Assembly (NCBI GenBank): GCA_043821645.1
Contig: JBDRCO010000065.1
Span: 64,157 to 128,156 of the forward strand
Reading direction: 5' to 3'
DNA from: Pseudomonadota bacterium
GTDB lineage: Bacteria > Myxococcota > JACRCW01 > JAFGSX01
DNA: 64,000 nt
The notes below the pieces were generated by a model. The model saw nothing but the letters and a program-made list of their open reading frames with translations. It was not told the DNA's origin and made no database searches. Of the stretch, positions 59,544 through 64,000 are shown piece after piece. Position 1 is the first letter of the stretch, and every line of letters starts with the position of its first letter. The translations under genes were made by a program, and so were the position numbers.

Positions 59544-61109
59544 ATGCAAGCGAACAGCCTCGATGTGAACAGCGACCGACCCCGTCTGGCCACGGAGGTG
59601 CCAGGCCTGCTGCTCGCAGGACTCGTGTTTGGGTACGTCGCGGTCCGGGCCGCGCGCCTGGCCATGACCTATGACGAGAGCACCACGTACTTCTGCTCGC
59701 TGGCGCTGGTGCGGGACATCCTTGCTTATGTCAGCCCCTGCGCCACGGCCAACAATCACCTGCTGTATACACTTCTGGTCAAGGCCTCGGCGACAGCCTT
59801 TGGCTCGTCGGAGCTTGCCCTGAGGCTCCCCTCTGTTCTCGCCTTCGCGGTCTACCTGGGAGCCGTGCTCCACCTGACCCGGGGCACACCCGTGGCGGTT
59901 CGCCTGTCCTCGATCATCGTTCTGGTCGCGCATCCCTTCATGCTCGATTTTTTTTCTCTCGCCAGGGGATACAGCCTGGCTCTCGCCCTGCAGATGGTGA
60001 GCCTGGCTGCTCTCCGCGTCTGGACAGAACGTGACCACAGCACCTTCTCGTCGAGCCTCGCGTTCGTCAGTGCCGCACTGGCGACGCTCGCGAACTTTGC
60101 CTTTTTGAACTTCTATGTCGGACTTTTTGTGGGTGTCGGGGCCAGCCTGCTCTTCATCTCCCTCGGTACCTCGACGCCGCCTCAACTGCTCAGGCTGTGC
60201 CGGATCACGACCCTTGTTGCCATGCTCGGCGCCCTTCTCCCGCTGGCGCTGGTGGTGCCACCCCTGCTGCAGTTGCGCGCATCGCAGGAGCTGTTCTTCG
60301 GCGGAACCATCAGCTTCTGGACCGACTCCATCCTCTCTCTGTGTCGCACCCTGCTCTACGGCGTCGTCGCTCCTCGCTGGTTTCCCGGATGGATGGTCGC
60401 TGCGGCAATTCTGGTCCTGGTATCCTTTCTTTTCACCTCACTTGCGCACCTGGTGGTTGCAGAAACTGGCGCCGGTGCCGTATCCCGATCCCAGTTCCCG
60501 GTCCTGGTGCTCGTGATCCTGTCGGTCACGGCCCTGGTCAACATCCTGCAGCACCATCTCCTCGGGAGCAGGTACCTCGCCGAACGCACGGCCCTGATCT
60601 ACCTGCCTCCATTCTTGCTCGTGCTCACCCTGCACCTGGCAGCCTGGGCTCGCTCACGCAGCGCTCTCGTTCACGCGGGTGCCCTCGCACTCCTGATCGG
60701 GCTTGCCGCGCTGTGCAGCGTGCACACGGCACGGACTGCCCAGCTCGACTCCGTCCATACCTGGCAGTACGAGGCAGATTCCCGGCGGCTGGTCACGGCT
60801 CTCGAGAAGATTCATGCGGGGGCGGCCACAGCAGAACAGGCGCGCCAGCTCGTGCTGCGGGTCACGCGAAGCGACGCCCAGTCCATCTCGTTCTACCGGC
60901 ACGTCCGACAGCTGGACTGGCTCACACTGCGCAGCGGCCTCGGCGGGCCCGACGAGTTCGATTTTCTCTATGCGGGGCCCTACGAGGAGGAAATTCTGAG
61001 ACGCCGGGATCTCCGGCCCGTCCACACCTTTCGGAGCACCCGCAGCGTGCTCCTCGTGAGAGTCTCGTCCCCCTGGGCCGGGCAGATCGATCGCGCCGCG
61101 TCCGAGTAG
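59544..61109 (+). CDS. GT-C fold membrane glycosyltransferase (ArnT/PMT-like)
   Basis: YDE after the first TM helix, NNHLLY, ELALRLPS, ARGY and many TM helices. Start estimated. Confidence 0.75.
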   Translation: MQANSLDVNSDRPRLATEVPGLLLAGLVFGYVAVRAARLAMTYDESTTYFCSLALVRDILAYVSPCATANNHLLYTLLVKASATAFGSSELALRLPSVLAFAVYLGAVLHLTRGTPVAVRLSSIIVLVAHPFMLDFFSLARGYSLALALQMVSLAALRVWTERDHSTFSSSLAFVSAALATLANFAFLNFYVGLFVGVGASLLFISLGTSTPPQLLRLCRITTLVAMLGALLPLALVVPPLLQLRASQELFFGGTISFWTDSILSLCRTLLYGVVAPRWFPGWMVAAAILVLVSFLFTSLAHLVVAETGAGAVSRSQFPVLVLVILSVTALVNILQHHLLGSRYLAERTALIYLPPFLLVLTLHLAAWARSRSALVHAGALALLIGLAALCSVHTARTAQLDSVHTWQYEADSRRLVTALEKIHAGAATAEQARQLVLRVTRSDAQSISFYRHVRQLDWLTLRSGLGGPDEFDFLYAGPYEEEILRRRDLRPVHTFRSTRSVLLVRVSSPWAGQIDRAASE

Positions 61110-61127
61110 CACAACAATCCACCACGT

Positions 61128-62909
61128 TCAGAAATTACTGCTCACGTCCGCCCAGATGCGCTGCCTGTCGACCCGGGCATCCCCGGCGAAGAACTCGATG
61201 AGTTCCTGGCTCGGTTCCTTGACGCTGTGAAACCGCGCAGGCCCCCCTTCCAGCGTCGGAGGTGCAGTGTGCAGGAAGCGGTAGCGCAGCACGTCACCGA
61301 TCTTGAGGTCGGGCAAAACAAGCTCGTAGATCAGGTCCCCGTCGGCGTCCGAGAGGGTCCGGCCAGGGCCCCAGCCATCAAAGCTCCCGAGGACGCGAAC
61401 CTCGGCGTCCTGGGGATGAAAGGTCCCCTCCAGCTCCCGGACCCGCATGTTCACCTGAAGCGTTAGCGTTGCAGGTGCACCCTCGATCGAGACCAGGAGG
61501 TCGTCGTCGAAGCAGTCCCGGGTGATCTCTCGCGGCCCCCCCAGGTGCAGGGTCCGCACGGGGATCCGTTCCCGGGTCGGTGGGGAGGTGAAGAAGTAGG
61601 TGTAGGTGACCTCCGTGCTTGACCGCGGGGCCATGAGCTGGGCGGTGTAAACCCCATCGAGATCGGGATCGTGCATTGCCAGGCCAGTCGTCCACCCATC
61701 GAAGCTCCCTAGAACCTGCACCGCACTCGTCGAAGGGTCAAACCGGCCCTCAGCCCGCGGCACATTCATGTCGACACCGAGCTCCACCAGGCTCTGACCT
61801 GGCGAGCTGTCGCGCCGCTCGTCGTTGTCGAAGAAAGCACGGTAGGGCTGCCGCGCGTGCCTGAGGGTGACGCGTCGCGCGGGTCCGTCCTCCCATCGAT
61901 CCGGGTCCGAAAGCGAGAACTTGAACAAGACGGTCTGCCCCAGCTTCAGGCCGGACAGCGTGGCCTCGTAGACCAGGTCTCCGTCGAGATCGTGCATGCG
62001 CTGCCGCGGTCCCCAGCGGTCAAAGTCCCCTGCCACATAGACACCCATCCGCGCCGGATCGATGCCTTCGCGAGCCTGCAACGCGCCCAGATCCACCGCG
62101 AGATTCAGCTCGGCCAACGCCTGGTCTGGATTCGGACGGGAATCTCCGGGCCCGGTCTTTGGGTGCTCGGTCGTCCAGGTCGTCTCATCATTGAAGAAGT
62201 TGTGGCTCTGGTTCTGTTCGTTTTCCACGACGACCTGTCGCGCGTCTCCGCCTTCCCAGGTATCGGGGGCGGTGTACATGTACTTGAACCGGATGCTCCG
62301 ACCTCTCGCAAGGTCCTTGAGAGAGACAGAGTACACGCCATCCCGGTCGGGGTCGGACATCACCACGCCCTTGCCCCAGCGATCGAAGTCTCCGCGGAGC
62401 CAGACCTGCATGCGCACCGGGTCGAAAAGCCCGGCGTCGCGCCGGGGTCGCAGGTCGACCTGGAACCGAACCAGGCCGCGAGCCCCGCGCAGGTCGAGCG
62501 TGCGCTGGTTTCTGAAGAACCTGATCGCCCTGGTCTTGTGGTTGGCTACAGTGACTTCGTGGTTAGAACCCTGCTCCCAGGTCCGGGGCTCCGTGTAAAA
62601 GAACGCGAAGTGGGCGACGGAACCAAGCTCGAGCCCGTGCACGACCCCGCAATAGACGAGCTTCCCGTCGTCATCCCGGAGATCAAACTCCTGCTGCCAG
62701 CCGTCGAAATCGCCTTTCATGCCGACCTGGGATTGCTCGGGCCGAAACAGACCCTGGCGCCATTGCACGGACATATCCGCACAGACGAAGAGGTCCGTCC
62801 TGGCGGGAGTCAGCACCGCAAGACCCCAGAACAGGAATCCGTTGAGAAGAAAGGCGCTGACGAGCACGACAAGAACCTGGCTTCGTGTCCAACGCACCTT
62901 GAAGTCCAT
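61128..62909 (-). CDS. Membrane-anchored protein with five tandem CBM20/CBM48-like domains
   Basis: N-terminal TM helix, then five ~100-aa repeats of V(D/N)M...F.P....V...G.FD.W......D.D.D..Y...F. Confidence 0.8.
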   Translation of the reverse strand: MDFKVRWTRSQVLVVLVSAFLLNGFLFWGLAVLTPARTDLFVCADMSVQWRQGLFRPEQSQVGMKGDFDGWQQEFDLRDDDGKLVYCGVVHGLELGSVAHFAFFYTEPRTWEQGSNHEVTVANHKTRAIRFFRNQRTLDLRGARGLVRFQVDLRPRRDAGLFDPVRMQVWLRGDFDRWGKGVVMSDPDRDGVYSVSLKDLARGRSIRFKYMYTAPDTWEGGDARQVVVENEQNQSHNFFNDETTWTTEHPKTGPGDSRPNPDQALAELNLAVDLGALQAREGIDPARMGVYVAGDFDRWGPRQRMHDLDGDLVYEATLSGLKLGQTVLFKFSLSDPDRWEDGPARRVTLRHARQPYRAFFDNDERRDSSPGQSLVELGVDMNVPRAEGRFDPSTSAVQVLGSFDGWTTGLAMHDPDLDGVYTAQLMAPRSSTEVTYTYFFTSPPTRERIPVRTLHLGGPREITRDCFDDDLLVSIEGAPATLTLQVNMRVRELEGTFHPQDAEVRVLGSFDGWGPGRTLSDADGDLIYELVLPDLKIGDVLRYRFLHTAPPTLEGGPARFHSVKEPSQELIEFFAGDARVDRQRIWADVSSNF

Positions 62910-62950
62910 CAGGAGCCTCGGCGGATCTCGGAATCAGCCCACCTGCGGGA

Positions 62951-64000
62951 TCACTCGGATGCGGTACGCGGTGGCGGCTCGGTGGTGTAGGCCAGCGTGG
63001 TCGCCTTGCCAGACATCAAGGGTCTGACCGTGATGGCCTCGTAGATGGCGTTGCCGACCACGATCACCGTCAGCGCGCTGATCATGGCCCAGGTCAACGC
63101 ATGCGAGGCCTCGGCCACCACGGCGGCGTGAATGGCCGCAGCACCCGCGATGGAGAGCACCGCACGGACCACGAAGGCGGTGTTGGAGCTCGGCGTGCCA
63201 GACAGTGCTCGCAGGTTGTCGATGCCGCCGATGAGGAACTCCGCGGTGAGCAGGATGACGACGAGAAAAGCAAAGGCCGGTCGCACCACCAGCAAGGAGG
63301 TCACGGCCACGGTGCCCAGGGTCCACACCACCCTCGCGACATCCACGCGCTGCAGGCCAGTCCTCCGGATCACCCCGAGCGAGCCCAGCACGTAGTCCAG
63401 GCCCGAACCCCAGGTGAAGGCCAGGATGATGTAGAGCATGGCCAAAGAGGTATCCTTCTTGGGGAAGGCGACATAGATGAAGAAACCCAGCACCAGCATG
63501 CAGCAGGGAATCCACACGAAGGGCGAGACCCGCAGCCGCTTGCGGATGGCCACCAGCACGAGGACGAGGACGGCTCCTGCCGCGATGCCGCCGACGACCC
63601 AGGTCCGGATCTCGCGGGGCACAGCCTCGTTGAGGAAGACCATGCCGAAACCGGCCATCTGGATCGAGGTCTTGAGCTTGGCCAGTACCGAGGTTTTGAT
63701 GGCGTGGTCGCGCAGGGTCATCTGTGTTCGCAAACCCGTGACCAGGAACTCGCGCGCCAGCAGGGCCGCGGGGAACCACACGGGCGCCCTGCCCTGCTCG
63801 GCAAAGGGAACGATGATGGCGAGGATGAAGATCTTGTCCGCCAGTGGATCGAGCATGGCACCGAACTGGGTCGGACCTTGCCGGCGCGCCAGCATGCCGT
63901 CCCAGATGTCGGCAAGCCCGATGGCGATGAACATGAACAGGGCAATGAAGTGCAGCTCGACTGGCCCGAACAGCAGCATGCCTGTGGGAATGGGCAACAG
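62951..64000 (-). CDS. CDP-alcohol phosphatidyltransferase, extended; 5' end outside the window
   Basis: DIWDGMLARRQGPTQFGAMLDPLADK matches DxxDGxxAR...GxxxDxxxD. Confidence 0.9.
   Translation of the reverse strand: MLPIPTGMLLFGPVELHFIALFMFIAIGLADIWDGMLARRQGPTQFGAMLDPLADKIFILAIIVPFAEQGRAPVWFPAALLAREFLVTGLRTQMTLRDHAIKTSVLAKLKTSIQMAGFGMVFLNEAVPREIRTWVVGGIAAGAVLVLVLVAIRKRLRVSPFVWIPCCMLVLGFFIYVAFPKKDTSLAMLYIILAFTWGSGLDYVLGSLGVIRRTGLQRVDVARVVWTLGTVAVTSLLVVRPAFAFLVVILLTAEFLIGGIDNLRALSGTPSSNTAFVVRAVLSIAGAAAIHAAVVAEASHALTWAMISALTVIVVGNAIYEAITVRPLMSGKATTLAYTTEPPPRTASE

Overview
GC-rich bacterial chromosomal segment that looks like Myxococcota or a related deltaproteobacterium (MYXO-CTERM tail, REC-DUF4388-DnaJ-TPR protein, roadblock protein, Hanks-type kinase, a Myxococcus-type LexA box). 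I call about 45 densely packed CDSs. I recognised no rRNA, tRNA, CRISPR array, transposase or integrase. Recognisable genes: smc, nadA, infA, pyruvoyl-dependent arginine decarboxylase plus agmatinase, a LonB/LonC-type protease, a rhomboid and an NtrC-type two-component pair. Main oddities: (1) a ~1900-codon methyltransferase/coiled-coil/Zn-ribbon reading frame broken by one in-frame TAG; (2) an SPL-like radical-SAM-fold protein that lacks CxxxCxxC, ends in a clamp-binding-like motif and sits behind a probable LexA box; (3) a Bacillus-type spore transglutaminase (Tgl) homolog heading a run with an S9 peptidase and two paralogous (alpha/alpha)6-like enzymes; (4) a MYXO-CTERM protein with BPI/LBP-like motifs; (5) a radical SAM gene frameshifted by an exact 16-bp tandem duplication; (6) a WD40 lipoprotein with an inserted retropepsin domain; (7) a five-repeat CBM-like membrane-anchored protein; (8) a ~150-nt rod-like hairpin after infA. 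All calls come from motif recognition by eye. No searches were run, and many start codons are estimates.
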